59,573 nucleotides of DNA from Bacteroidales bacterium (GCA_017618435.1 JAFZUH010000199.1:1-59573); one strand, 5' to 3'. Positions 39,397-48,198 are shown, numbered from the stretch's first letter. The notes: generated by a model not told the origin, from the letters alone. Program-made: numbers and translations.

Positions 39397-40296
39397 TTAT
39401 TTTTCAATAATTACTTCAAGACTTCTCAATGTCAAATACCCTGACTGCGGGGTGTAATAGGTGTCTCCCGTAATATCTTCTGCTGGATGTCCGGCATGGG
39501 TAGCTAACAGACTGTTCACCTGTGCTATCTCTATCCCTTCTACTGTCTGAAGATGGTCTATCATGGTCATGCCTACAAATTGTCCGTTGAATTCTATGCT
39601 GTTTAAATACGATTTTATCGCTGTTGCAACAGCATTTTCAACTTCTGTATCGGTTCCGAATATAAGCGGATTGTACACAATTTTCACCGACACATCCAAT
39701 TCGTCCGCATTTTCATTGACGATGGTCAGTGGAATGCCTGCCGGCTTTATTCTGTTGATATACGCTTCTGCCATTGCAGCTTCTGCAGAACTCAACGGAG
39801 TAGGCGACCCGTTCCCGTCATCTTTGGCTATTTTTATTATCACCTCACGACCGCTATCCAAAGCACTCGCATATTTGACAATCTGCAGTTCTTCTATTTC
39901 CGAAGCCGTCAAACCGGTGTCGGGATATTCTGTCCCTTCTGCAAAATCTACATCACTATGGCTGTAGTCATTTTCTATATCCTGACCGTAACGAAAGGCT
40001 TTCATCTTCTTGGCATACCATCCCGCATACCCGTAGCGTTCTTTGTCCACCACCTGCTGAACATCCTTTTTGAACCAGTCAAACAGGTTCTCCATGGTCG
40101 CCATACAGGCGGCTATGGCGTATATCAAACAGGTCTCGACGCTGATTGTGCTGAAATGGCTGTCATAATAAGCCAAATGTGTGGCATCGTCGCCGTCTGC
40201 ATCATATTCTTCCAATTGATAAAGATTTCTCAAGGTGGCATTGCGTACAAATGCTACCTTTATTTCTTCTGCTGTTTCTTTTATTGTTCTTGCCAT
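39397..40296 (-). CDS. baseplate J-like protein (Mu gp47 position)
   Basis: 299 aa. Assigned by size and position after the small wedge-position protein. Confidence 0.45.
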   Translation of the reverse strand: MARTIKETAEEIKVAFVRNATLRNLYQLEEYDADGDDATHLAYYDSHFSTISVETCLIYAIAACMATMENLFDWFKKDVQQVVDKERYGYAGWYAKKMKAFRYGQDIENDYSHSDVDFAEGTEYPDTGLTASEIEELQIVKYASALDSGREVIIKIAKDDGNGSPTPLSSAEAAMAEAYINRIKPAGIPLTIVNENADELDVSVKIVYNPLIFGTDTEVENAVATAIKSYLNSIEFNGQFVGMTMIDHLQTVEGIEIAQVNSLLATHAGHPAEDITGDTYYTPQSGYLTLRSLEVIIEK

Positions 40297-40298
40297 AT

Positions 40299-40574
40299 CT
40301 ATTTCAATTCTATTTCTATATCGTCATCAACTACTTTTATTCTTTCTACTTCAACCTTGCAATACATTAATTGATTCTTTACATTTCCCGCCCAAAAGCT
40401 ATCCGGACGGCCGGCGATCATGTTTTTTGCATTCCCGCCAAGGGTCGGCTCGTGTTTGTATTCTCCTGTAAAGGCTCGTGTCAGATGTTCCGCCACCTGT
40501 GCTTTCACTTCGCCTATAACAAGGCTGCCTCCTTTTATCTGCAAATCTCCGTCTTCTACTATTATCCCTCGCAT
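40299..40574 (-). CDS. small baseplate protein (Mu gp46 / P2 gpW position)
   Basis: 91 aa. Assigned by synteny only. Confidence 0.4.
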   Translation of the reverse strand: MRGIIVEDGDLQIKGGSLVIGEVKAQVAEHLTRAFTGEYKHEPTLGGNAKNMIAGRPDSFWAGNVKNQLMYCKVEVERIKVVDDDIEIELK

Positions 40575-40578
40575 TTTT

Positions 40579-41085
40579 CTAATGTTTTATTTTCTCATCT
40601 TGATAATCATTGATATTAAATTTCTCTGCTTGATTAGTTGTTACTGCAGCAGTACCGGATTGTGCTACTGCAGAGCCTTCCGTGCTGACTGCATGTGTGT
40701 GATTATTGAAGGTATCTACTAAAGCATTTAATTGCTTTGTCAGGTCTTTTATATTTATCAGTCCGCCATTGTCGCCGCCGTTGATGGTGATTTTGTCGCA
40801 TTGTATGTCCACACTGTCTATTTCGCTGTACAGGCTCACATAGTAATTAAAATCGTCTATCCTTGCCACCAATACAAAACTGTCTGCTTTGGGTTTTATC
40901 ACCATGCCGACGCTCTCGTCCGACAGCTCGTTCAAGCGTACTCCTGCTATTTTCAAGTTATCACCTTGACGCACCACGGTACAGGTGGCTCCGTCCACCT
41001 TTTGCACTTGGGCGACAAAGCAGTTTTGAGGTATTTTCCCCATAATGGCTTTTAGCAAATTCGCACATTCTCTTTCTTTACTCAT
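40579..41085 (-). CDS. baseplate central spike protein (gpV / Mu gp45-like)
   Basis: Starts at M26 of the track ORF, giving an ATGA overlap with the hub gene stop. It has an OB-like N-terminus and an apex HxH motif (FNNHTHAV). Confidence 0.55.
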   Translation of the reverse strand: MSKERECANLLKAIMGKIPQNCFVAQVQKVDGATCTVVRQGDNLKIAGVRLNELSDESVGMVIKPKADSFVLVARIDDFNYYVSLYSEIDSVDIQCDKITINGGDNGGLINIKDLTKQLNALVDTFNNHTHAVSTEGSAVAQSGTAAVTTNQAEKFNINDYQDEKIKH

Positions 41086-42095
41086 TTTATTGCGTATCCT
41101 AAGGTTATCACTTGTCTGTATCCTGATGTCCCGAACTTGTATTCCACTGCATCCACCCAAAATTTTCGTCCGTCTCTTTCTTTGCGTAGCTTGTCTTGCA
41201 GTCTGACAATATCGCCTTTTCGCACGTAAGGAACTCCGAATCCGGTGATGTTGCCTGTCATTTTGTCACAAGCATATTCATTGTATATTTTTTCCGCTGC
41301 AGCTTTCAGTTCCGTCTGGGTTTTCATGCCGGAAAAGTAAAAATGTCGCTGCTCATAGTCGCTTTTGACCGATTTGCCGCTCACATCTATTGCCTCTTGG
41401 GGAATTATACATTCCAACTTCGTGTTGTCTGTTTGTATGCTGGTGGCTTTTACAGCTATTTTCACATCATCTTTCGTGGTGTATTTCAGACTGTCGCTTA
41501 TCTGATTCCTTTCGGGGTCAAAAGTCAATATTCTTCCATTGGCCAATGCCTTGTGGGTGGTGATGCCGTAAAACACGCCCTCTCTGAAAAAGCCTTTCAG
41601 CCACGGATAGGTGGATATCAATTTGTCCAATGCTTGGGCAAGTGTCTGCTGGTCTATTTTTACTTGACCGAAATTTACATCGTCCGGCAGTTCGATCCGG
41701 AGCTCCGGAACATATTTCTTCATCCATTTTTTGAAGTCAAAATGCTCAATAATTTCCGCATCCACATTGATGGACTTAAACAAACGCATCTCGTTTTCGC
41801 AATAGATGACTATTTCCTTGATGGTGTTTTCCACGCTTTTGATATAGCCTTTAAACACCATTTCCATATTGCCCATTTCCGCATAGCCGAGTTTTATGAT
41901 TATGGCATCATCCACATTGACAAAGTCTGTTAAGGCTTTTCCTTGCCATTGCATCTTGCGTGGAACCTTCAAAACCGCCGTATCGGTAAGGTTTTTGCAT
42001 GATGTTTTTATTAAAATATCATTGCAATAGTCAAACGTAATAGTTTTTTTACTATCTTTGCACTTAATTTCTATGTCACACTTTAAACTTAACAT
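41082..42095 (-). CDS. tail hub protein (late control D / Mu gp44-like)
   Basis: 337 aa. The C-terminus FWVDAVEYKFGTSGYRQVITLG is typical of gpD-like proteins. Confidence 0.55.
   Translation of the reverse strand: MLSLKCDIEIKCKDSKKTITFDYCNDILIKTSCKNLTDTAVLKVPRKMQWQGKALTDFVNVDDAIIIKLGYAEMGNMEMVFKGYIKSVENTIKEIVIYCENEMRLFKSINVDAEIIEHFDFKKWMKKYVPELRIELPDDVNFGQVKIDQQTLAQALDKLISTYPWLKGFFREGVFYGITTHKALANGRILTFDPERNQISDSLKYTTKDDVKIAVKATSIQTDNTKLECIIPQEAIDVSGKSVKSDYEQRHFYFSGMKTQTELKAAAEKIYNEYACDKMTGNITGFGVPYVRKGDIVRLQDKLRKERDGRKFWVDAVEYKFGTSGYRQVITLGYAIK
42053..42060 (+). promoter_or_regulatory. -7 promoter box (TATCTTTG) for the + strand moron
   Basis: TAnnTTTG 38 nt upstream of ATG 42099, embedded in the opposite-strand hub gene. 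Confidence 0.35.
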
Positions 42096-42098
42096 ACT

Positions 42099-42419
42099 AT
42101 GAAATATTTATTAGCACTCGTATTGATACCGATAGCCACTTTGTTTGCTTCCTCTAACAAACCCATTGACAAGGAAAAATGCTCTTGTGAAGGACTTCCT
42201 TTGTATGGTAACGTAAAGGTAGTTACTTGTGCTCCTACTTTTAATGTAAAAGTAGTGGATTGTGCAGAAAATATGGACATAAAAGTAGTGGATTGTTGTC
42301 CGACACAATGTGGAGAGTGGCGATTTGTGGATTGTGGAGAAGACTTTTCTATTCGTTTTGTGGATTGTGGAGAAGACTTTTCTATCCGTTTTGTGGATTG
42401 TGCTCCGGGTGTGCGATAA
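42099..42419 (+). CDS. secreted Cys-rich repeat protein (six ~11-residue xVVDC units), opposite-strand moron
   Basis: 106 aa with signal peptide MKYLLALVLIPIATLFASS. The repeat units are VKVVTCAPTFN, VKVVDCAENMD, IKVVDCCPTQCGEW, RFVDCGEDFS, IRFVDCGEDFS and IRFVDCAPGVR. An antisense ORF (42111..42431) also fits the gap, but its translation is low-complexity. Confidence 0.65.
   Translation: MKYLLALVLIPIATLFASSNKPIDKEKCSCEGLPLYGNVKVVTCAPTFNVKVVDCAENMDIKVVDCCPTQCGEWRFVDCGEDFSIRFVDCGEDFSIRFVDCAPGVR
42324..42402. repeat. 33-bp tandem repeat, 2.4 copies, one mismatch
   Basis: TTTGTGGATTGTGGAGAAGACTTTTCTAT(T/C)CGT occurs at 42324-42356 and 42357-42389, with a partial third copy. It encodes the duplicated RFVDCGEDFSI unit. 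Confidence 0.9.
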
Positions 42420-42433
42420 CATTTTTACCATAT

Positions 42434-43006
42434 TTAATCTTCTACTAAAAAATCATAATCCATATCACTCCACAATGTAATGGTATAGGGCATTACATTA
42501 AAATAGTTCATGCCGCTTTGCATAAAATCCACTTTTTTAACAACCACCTGTGTAATGTCATAAATGCCGTTTAAAAACTTGCTGCTGACATACATTTTTT
42601 TGTTAATCGCCAAAATTTGCTGCAAAAACCACAAGTCTTCGTAAGGAAATCCCTGCACACCTTCTTTTCTAATCGTGCCTTTAAGGGTGATTGTATAATC
42701 TTTGGTATAGATATATTCTTTTACGCTGCCATTTCGGTTTACTAATTCGGTTGTCTCTATTTTCTTTTCCAACACCACATCAATTTTGCAGTCGTCAAAC
42801 ACTACATTTACGCCGCTTTGCGGATTCACATTTTCATGCAATATCACCTCATTGATGGTTTGGCTCCTTTCGTTGAGCAACTTTTCTTCGTTGGTGGTCT
42901 CTATTACTATGTCGCTTAATGCTGTCCGGTAGAGTTTTTCCTTAATGGCACTCACCACCGCACTTTCTGCTCCTGTTCTGCTCGGTATCAATATTCTTAT
43001 TGCCAT
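42434..43006 (-). CDS. phage tail protein (between tape measure and hub)
   Basis: 190 aa. Assigned by synteny only. Confidence 0.4.
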   Translation of the reverse strand: MAIRILIPSRTGAESAVVSAIKEKLYRTALSDIVIETTNEEKLLNERSQTINEVILHENVNPQSGVNVVFDDCKIDVVLEKKIETTELVNRNGSVKEYIYTKDYTITLKGTIRKEGVQGFPYEDLWFLQQILAINKKMYVSSKFLNGIYDITQVVVKKVDFMQSGMNYFNVMPYTITLWSDMDYDFLVED

Positions 43007-43076
43007 TTTTTATAATTTTTCATTTCCTTTTCTCCTTTCCCACTTTTAAGGGGGTGCCCTCAGGGCGGGGGATTCA

Positions 43077-44774
43077 CTATTCTGCTGCGTAATTTACATC
43101 ATTGACTATCATTTGCAAGGCCATCGAGAGCTTCTCCATAAAGTCTCCGGCCGTCTCCGGACTGTCTTGGCTGCTTTGGAACATATTCGTGTTTTCTCCT
43201 ATCAGACTGCCGATAGTAATATTAAAATTCTTGATATTCTTGCCTCCGGCACTGATGGTTTCACTTGAGGTGCTCAAGTCGTTGTTGATGGTTTTTGTGT
43301 TGTCGGTGATTCCCAAACCCAAACTTGCCTGTAAATCCTTGCTCACACCTTTCAATGTCTTGCTCTTGTCAAAACTCAAGCTCACTCCCTTCCATGCGTT
43401 GGCGGCGGCTTGGGCGTGTTTGGCCACTTCTTTTGCTCCTCCGCTTATCGCTTTTTTCCTCCGCTCTATGTCATCGCTTATTTCTTTCAGTGCCCGGTTG
43501 TTTTCTATTTCATCACCTTTGCCTAACAGCAATTTTAACTTATACCACGCCTCTTTCAATTTGTCTATGCCTATCATGATACCGTTGATCATGGTCGTGT
43601 ATTTTAATTTTACGGCTTCAACAAACATAAAAAACGTTTCTTTGGCAAAGGTTACTACCGCATCCCACAAGGTGCCCCAACCTTTTATCTTCACACAAAG
43701 AAAAACAATCACACCTATCAATGCCACTATTCCGGCAATTACCAAACCTATCGGGTTCGCTGTCATCACCGCATTCAATATTGCTTGTGCTCCTGCCCAA
43801 AGTTTTGTTGCTGTTGTACATATTGTTTCCCATATCACCAGTGCTTTCACGGTTATTATAACCGCTCCAATCGCACCTAACAGTCCTAACAAAATAGGTG
43901 ATAGAAAATTGATGGTATCCCCAAAATTTCGTAGTGTTGTACCAAGTCCTTCCATCCATGTAACAAGTTGCTCTAACCTTACATAAATGCGGTCAAACAC
44001 AGGCAATAAGGATGTCTTTAATCTTAACCACAATTTGCCTATCCTTTCCTGCAAATCTCCTATACTATTGCTTATCTGTTTCATCGCTCCTTCTGGTGTA
44101 CTGGCCAAGGCTTCGTTTACGCCGCCAACGGCTGAACTAACTACTTCAGCCAATGTAGCAGCTCGTTGTTCTTCCGTACCGAATTTGAGTATTTTTTCTT
44201 GGGCTTCATCAAATTTGTAGCCGTAACGACTCAAGGCTCCAACCTGTCCGTCCATCACTTTCCCCATCATGGTGGCTATATTTACGGCACTCTCTTGGCT
44301 GGCGTTCATACCGTATTGTTGAGCTACCATGTCGTTCATCACCGGCATCAACTTCTTCAAAGTGTCGGCTTTCGTCAGATAGGTTCCCAATTCTTGGGCT
44401 CCCGCCAACTGCACCTCATCGCCGATAACTCCCAATTTTTGTTGGGCAGATGCCAAGTCAAGTATGCTTTGCATTTCCTCCCGGCTCGCTCCCATGGTGT
44501 TCCGCATCACCTGTGCCAATTTTGTCTCCGCTTCCACCTGGGCAGTCGTCAATTGCTCGTAATTATTCAGTTTGTTCACAATTCCGCCTATGCTCCCGGC
44601 TAACGTAGTATATATCTGGTTCAAATTTATACACGCACGACCTATCCTATTAAACAAACTTTCGGTTTTTTCGGCTGTAATATTCAGCTTGTCCGTCTCT
44701 TGTTGCAAGGCAGAAATGTTTTTAACGGCATTGCCATCTATATTTATAGTGAATTTTACTGTATTATTTGACAT
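43077..44774 (-). CDS. tail tape measure protein
   Basis: 565 aa, alpha-helical, with a central hydrophobic block (ILLGLLGAIGAVIITV..IAGIVALIGVIVFL). It lies downstream of the chaperone pair. Confidence 0.85.
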   Translation of the reverse strand: MSNNTVKFTINIDGNAVKNISALQQETDKLNITAEKTESLFNRIGRACINLNQIYTTLAGSIGGIVNKLNNYEQLTTAQVEAETKLAQVMRNTMGASREEMQSILDLASAQQKLGVIGDEVQLAGAQELGTYLTKADTLKKLMPVMNDMVAQQYGMNASQESAVNIATMMGKVMDGQVGALSRYGYKFDEAQEKILKFGTEEQRAATLAEVVSSAVGGVNEALASTPEGAMKQISNSIGDLQERIGKLWLRLKTSLLPVFDRIYVRLEQLVTWMEGLGTTLRNFGDTINFLSPILLGLLGAIGAVIITVKALVIWETICTTATKLWAGAQAILNAVMTANPIGLVIAGIVALIGVIVFLCVKIKGWGTLWDAVVTFAKETFFMFVEAVKLKYTTMINGIMIGIDKLKEAWYKLKLLLGKGDEIENNRALKEISDDIERRKKAISGGAKEVAKHAQAAANAWKGVSLSFDKSKTLKGVSKDLQASLGLGITDNTKTINNDLSTSSETISAGGKNIKNFNITIGSLIGENTNMFQSSQDSPETAGDFMEKLSMALQMIVNDVNYAAE

Positions 44775-44778
44775 ATTT

Positions 44779-44811
44779 TTTGCTATTTCTCATTTTTTTT
44801 GTTTACCTTTG
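44779..44811 (+). promoter_or_regulatory. full Bacteroides-type promoter (TTTG-N21-TACCTTTG)
   Basis: -33 TTTG at 44779-44782 and -7 TACCTTTG at 44804-44811, 4 nt before ATG 44816. Confidence 0.55.
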
Positions 44812-44815
44812 CAAC

Positions 44816-45088
44816 ATGAAAACTTTTCTTATCATATTACTCATCGCCATTTTGTTTGTGCCGGCTGTTTGTCTGGTCATGTTCTTGTACGCTTTTTTCT
44901 GCTATCTTACAGGAAGGCTGACTAAAGATGACTTGCAAAGAGCAGCTAAGGAATACAATCAGAAAAAAGCAGAAGAAAAACTAAAAAAGAAAATCAGAAG
45001 AAGAAAATCAGAAGAATATACTATGAACTCTTTCTATGGTCGCCCTGACGACCTTGATATTACAATTACTATCCAAAAACAAGACTAA
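44816..45088 (+). CDS. small membrane protein with a K/E-rich tail, opposite-strand moron
   Basis: 90 aa from MKTFLIILLIAILFVPAVCLVMFLYAFFCYL. It exactly fills the gap between the chaperone frameshift stop (45089) and the tape-measure start (44774). Confidence 0.6.
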   Translation: MKTFLIILLIAILFVPAVCLVMFLYAFFCYLTGRLTKDDLQRAAKEYNQKKAEEKLKKKIRRRKSEEYTMNSFYGRPDDLDITITIQKQD

Positions 45089-45552
45089 TCATTTCCTTTT
45101 CTCTCCGCTTTCTTCTTTCCTTATTTTTTCCAAGGCAGCTATTGCTATGGCCCATTCTTCGTCGTCCAATTTATCCGGATTGATGCCGAAATGGTATCGC
45201 AATTGGTAATCCACATTCACAAATCCGTTGTGTTTTACCACCTCCTTGGCACGGGCTATAACTTTTTTAGTTCTGCCTCCTTTATCTCCACCAAGTTCGC
45301 CAATTGGGCACTCACACCAAAAAATTTCTCGTCTTCTTCTTTGATGCTTTCATCTCCACCCAACCAACAGTTGGCCAACAACACTTCGTTGGCTCTAATC
45401 GGGTCTGTGGTGCCTATGCTTGCAATGGCTTTCATCGTATTGCGGTCCGGCTTGTGCAAATAGCATACGCTGTCACCGACTACTATCTGGAACACTTCTT
45501 TGTGTTTTGCTTTCCATGCTTCTATTTGTTCTTTTGTTGCTTCTCCTGTCAT
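45089..45552 (-). CDS. tail assembly chaperone -1 frameshift product (gpGT analogue)
   Basis: After a -1 slip at A_AAA_AAG the frame stays open for 57 codons (KKVIARAKEVVKHNGFVNVDYQLRYHFGINPDKLDDEEWAIAIAALEKIRKEESGEKRK) up to TGA 45089-45091. Confidence 0.5.
45256..45552 (-). CDS. tail assembly chaperone (gpG analogue)
   Basis: 98 aa, acidic, between the tube and tape-measure genes. It ends ..LKKL* right at an A AAA AAG heptamer. Confidence 0.6.
   Translation of the reverse strand: MTGEATKEQIEAWKAKHKEVFQIVVGDSVCYLHKPDRNTMKAIASIGTTDPIRANEVLLANCWLGGDESIKEEDEKFFGVSAQLANLVEIKEAELKKL
45262..45268 (-). other. slippery heptamer A AAA AAG (programmed -1 frameshift site)
   Basis: The minus strand reads CTA AAA AAG TTA TAG. 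This matches the conserved chaperone frameshift position in tailed phages. Confidence 0.5.
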
Positions 45553-45588
45553 ATCTTTTTCCTTTCTTGTTTTTAAAACTTAGTTAAA

Positions 45589-45614
45589 GGAGTAAGTGAA
45601 ATTTCACTTACTCC
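45589..45614 (-). terminator. stem-loop between the tube and chaperone genes (attenuator or partial terminator)
   Basis: GGAGTAAGTGAA-AT-TTCACTTACTCC is a 12-bp dyad. On the minus strand it is followed by TTTAACTAAGTTTT. Confidence 0.45.
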
Positions 45615-45621
45615 ATGATGA

Positions 45622-46056
45622 TTACTTCCATTCTATGTGTGACAATATCATTTCTATTTCTGCCGTGTTGCTGGTGTCGCCTTCGCTTATTTCCACGCCG
45701 TCTGTCTTGAACTGACAGTTACGCAAGCGGTGCGTTACTATCTTTTGACCGTTCACAGGCAAAAATTGAACGATAATATCAAAGGGTGCTATATCTTGCA
45801 GTCTTCCGGTGGTGCTGCTGTCTCTCAATGCTTCTATTTCACTGCGAAGCAGGGTCATCGATGCACTGCATTCTATTTTCCCGTAGCCTCTCGCAACAGG
45901 ACGCTGGCCAAGTCCGTAGATGTTTTCCATCGTCTGGCTGTCACTATAGCTTATTTTGGTGATGCCCACTACCGGAACTCCGCCTATGTTTACTTGCAAA
46001 TTAGCCCAGCTGTGTGCCACTCCGTTTATTTCAGGTATTGTTCTTAATCCGTTCAT
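45622..46056 (-). CDS. tail tube protein
   Basis: 144 aa, immediately downstream of the sheath-position gene. Confidence 0.55.
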   Translation of the reverse strand: MNGLRTIPEINGVAHSWANLQVNIGGVPVVGITKISYSDSQTMENIYGLGQRPVARGYGKIECSASMTLLRSEIEALRDSSTTGRLQDIAPFDIIVQFLPVNGQKIVTHRLRNCQFKTDGVEISEGDTSNTAEIEMILSHIEWK

Positions 46057-46067
46057 CTTACTGCCTC

Positions 46068-47429
46068 CTATAATTTAGTTGTATAACCTATTTTTATCAG
46101 AACATGTCTCATCACGCCAACAGGAACTTGTTTTATCACAATTTCCACTTCAGAGGTGGAAAGAACATTTTGTTCCGGGTCTATTTCCACTTTAAAGCCG
46201 CTCAGTTCTCCGGCCTTTTCCATGTCTTCCAAGGCTTTGTTGGCTGTTGTCTCCAAAAAGGCAACTGTATCCGATGCCAATTGGCCGCTTGTGGCATCCA
46301 CCCGCAGCGGACTGTTCAAATACGGCAATAAATTGGCTCGAACTCCACGGCATGCCTTGTCAATAGTACGAACATTTTCTATATACGCATAGTCGCTCGT
46401 AGCCTCATCCAAGGTAAAACTGTCGTTGAAGTAATTGTCGGCATTGCCTACATGGGTGCGGACAAACAGATAGCGGTTGTCGTTTATCTTTTCCAGATTG
46501 GCAACTGTGGTGTCTTTTATCAATTCACCGGTTACCAATCCCGGACTGGCCAATCCTAACGGAAATTTTCCTACCCATGCTATGCTTTCATGAACTCCTG
46601 CTTTGCTAATGGTTCCCATACAGGCTCCTATACATCCGTAATAGGCGTAATGACCTAAACTTTGCACCAATTCGCTGTCCAAATCCAATCCTACCAACAA
46701 ACTCACATTGCAGCGTCCTGCCAATACAGAATTGGTGTTGCCTGTCAATGTCGTAAATGTAAATCCGCTTACATCGGCAGTCGTTACCGACATAGTCGTA
46801 CTGCCTGTTGGTGCCGTTACCGTTACCGTTTTACCGGTTACCGTTACCACCACGCTCATCGGTTGGTGGGCTGCCTCCATCGCAGTGCACGCACTTTGAT
46901 ATTCGGCAAGTACGGAAACCGTACTTCCTCCTGAAGTGTAGCTCAGTGATGGCGTAAACACTCCGCATTGGCGGATGCTGCCACCGGCATAGTTCTGCAT
47001 CGCTTGCAGGTCTCCGCCGTTCACTTGGCTGCTGGCTGCAAACTTCACTCCCAAATACAAGGTGCCGCCGGCATGTTGGCGGAAAAATTCCTTCACATGA
47101 TATACCAAAGCATTCACTGCAGCTATCTTTTTAAACTCTGCAACTTCACTGCTTGCCGTATAAGCAGATTTCAACATCGATAGCTCCTGTGCTTTCAATC
47201 CCAAATCTTCCAATTCTTCTACATATCTCAGTTTGAAAACATACAAATCATTGCTTCCGTCTGTATCTTCCAACTTGTCGAATTGTAGTGCATTGTTTGA
47301 ATTGATTAAGTCTGCTTCTGCCAATTCCGGCAAATACATCACCAAGCCGCTAATGGGGTCTTCGCTGGCTGCAGTTCTGCCCATACCGCCGTTTTGCTTG
47401 CTAAATCTTATGTCATTCATCTTTCCCAT
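46068..47429 (-). CDS. contractile tail sheath protein
   Basis: 453 aa, first gene of the sheath-tube-chaperone-tape measure series. Confidence 0.6.
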   Translation of the reverse strand: MGKMNDIRFSKQNGGMGRTAASEDPISGLVMYLPELAEADLINSNNALQFDKLEDTDGSNDLYVFKLRYVEELEDLGLKAQELSMLKSAYTASSEVAEFKKIAAVNALVYHVKEFFRQHAGGTLYLGVKFAASSQVNGGDLQAMQNYAGGSIRQCGVFTPSLSYTSGGSTVSVLAEYQSACTAMEAAHQPMSVVVTVTGKTVTVTAPTGSTTMSVTTADVSGFTFTTLTGNTNSVLAGRCNVSLLVGLDLDSELVQSLGHYAYYGCIGACMGTISKAGVHESIAWVGKFPLGLASPGLVTGELIKDTTVANLEKINDNRYLFVRTHVGNADNYFNDSFTLDEATSDYAYIENVRTIDKACRGVRANLLPYLNSPLRVDATSGQLASDTVAFLETTANKALEDMEKAGELSGFKVEIDPEQNVLSTSEVEIVIKQVPVGVMRHVLIKIGYTTKL

Positions 47430-47587
47430 CGTTATTGTTTTTTGTTGTTTTATTATTGTGCTTTATCGCTTTATCCATGGTATTAAAACACATGCCGTCA
47501 GGTGTTTTCCATTTGCCGTTTTTCAATACTATGGCATCTTCCGTTGTTTGCTTTTTGCTTCTTCCCATTTTAAAAATTATTTAAAAT

Positions 47588-47887
47588 TTATTTCAACGCT
47601 ATTGAAACACTGTCCACTTCTAAGTGGTAGGTTTTTTCCTGAGGCATGGTGATGGTGCCTTTGTTGTAGCGGCCATATATGGTGTTTTTGCTCTTGTCGG
47701 TTACATAGAGTTGCACATCCATCACCGTCATTCGCCTGTTCAGCAAGCTGTCTATCACCATGTGCTGCTCTTTCACATGATTTTGCAAGCTTCTCACATG
47801 CTTATGTTGCAAGCCCACTGCCGTGATCAATATTCCTATGGCACACAAGGCAGCTGCCCGTAATGCCCATTTCATCCATATTTTCAT
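47588..47887 (-). CDS. lysis-cassette membrane protein (spanin- or holin-like)
   Basis: Starts at MKIWMKWALRAAALCAIGILITAV with an ATGA overlap on the upstream stop (47884-47887). It has a single N-terminal TM. Confidence 0.45.
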   Translation of the reverse strand: MKIWMKWALRAAALCAIGILITAVGLQHKHVRSLQNHVKEQHMVIDSLLNRRMTVMDVQLYVTDKSKNTIYGRYNKGTITMPQEKTYHLEVDSVSIALK

Positions 47888-48198
47888 AGGCTGTCTTCGT
47901 GTTTGCGTTTTAACTCTACATTCACAGGGCATTCTTGTGCCATCGGACAGGTAGGTATCTTTTCCACCGCTTTCCGGAATCGCTGAACCTCTCTTCGCAA
48001 TGAGTTCATCTCCTTTTTCAGTGGTTCCACCACATATTCCATCACTATTTTGCTGGCTTTTTCTTCATTTTCCAACTCTTTGCCCCTTATATCGGCCTGC
48101 ATTTGCTCCTTCGTCTGTCTTAATTTCAACAAACTTATCAGCAATCCGCTGCCAAATACTACATTCAATATCACGCTAATCAATTCCAATACGTTCAT
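47884..48198 (-). CDS. lysis-cassette membrane protein (holin- or spanin-like)
   Basis: 104 aa with N-terminal TM LELISVILNVVFGSGLLISLL followed by a coiled-coil-like segment. Confidence 0.45.
   Translation of the reverse strand: MNVLELISVILNVVFGSGLLISLLKLRQTKEQMQADIRGKELENEEKASKIVMEYVVEPLKKEMNSLRREVQRFRKAVEKIPTCPMAQECPVNVELKRKHEDSL

Noticed and set aside
42111-42431. The minus-strand ORF that also fits the hub/tail-protein gap and would be co-directional with the tail operon.
   Set aside because: Its translation (STIHKTDRKVFSTIHKTNRKVFSTIHK..YFYVHIFCTIHYFY) looks like an out-of-frame echo of the repeat. The + strand ORF has a canonical signal peptide and a coherent Cys-containing repeat. 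The call is kept ambiguous in the feature evidence.
43040-43076. A G-rich segment (GGGGGTGCCCTCAGGGCGGGGG) between the tape-measure gene and the next tail gene, considered as a possible structure or G-quadruplex.
   Set aside because: Only a 4-bp GCCC/GGGC stem can form. On the coding strand the segment is C-rich, and there is no repeat or conservation evidence available.
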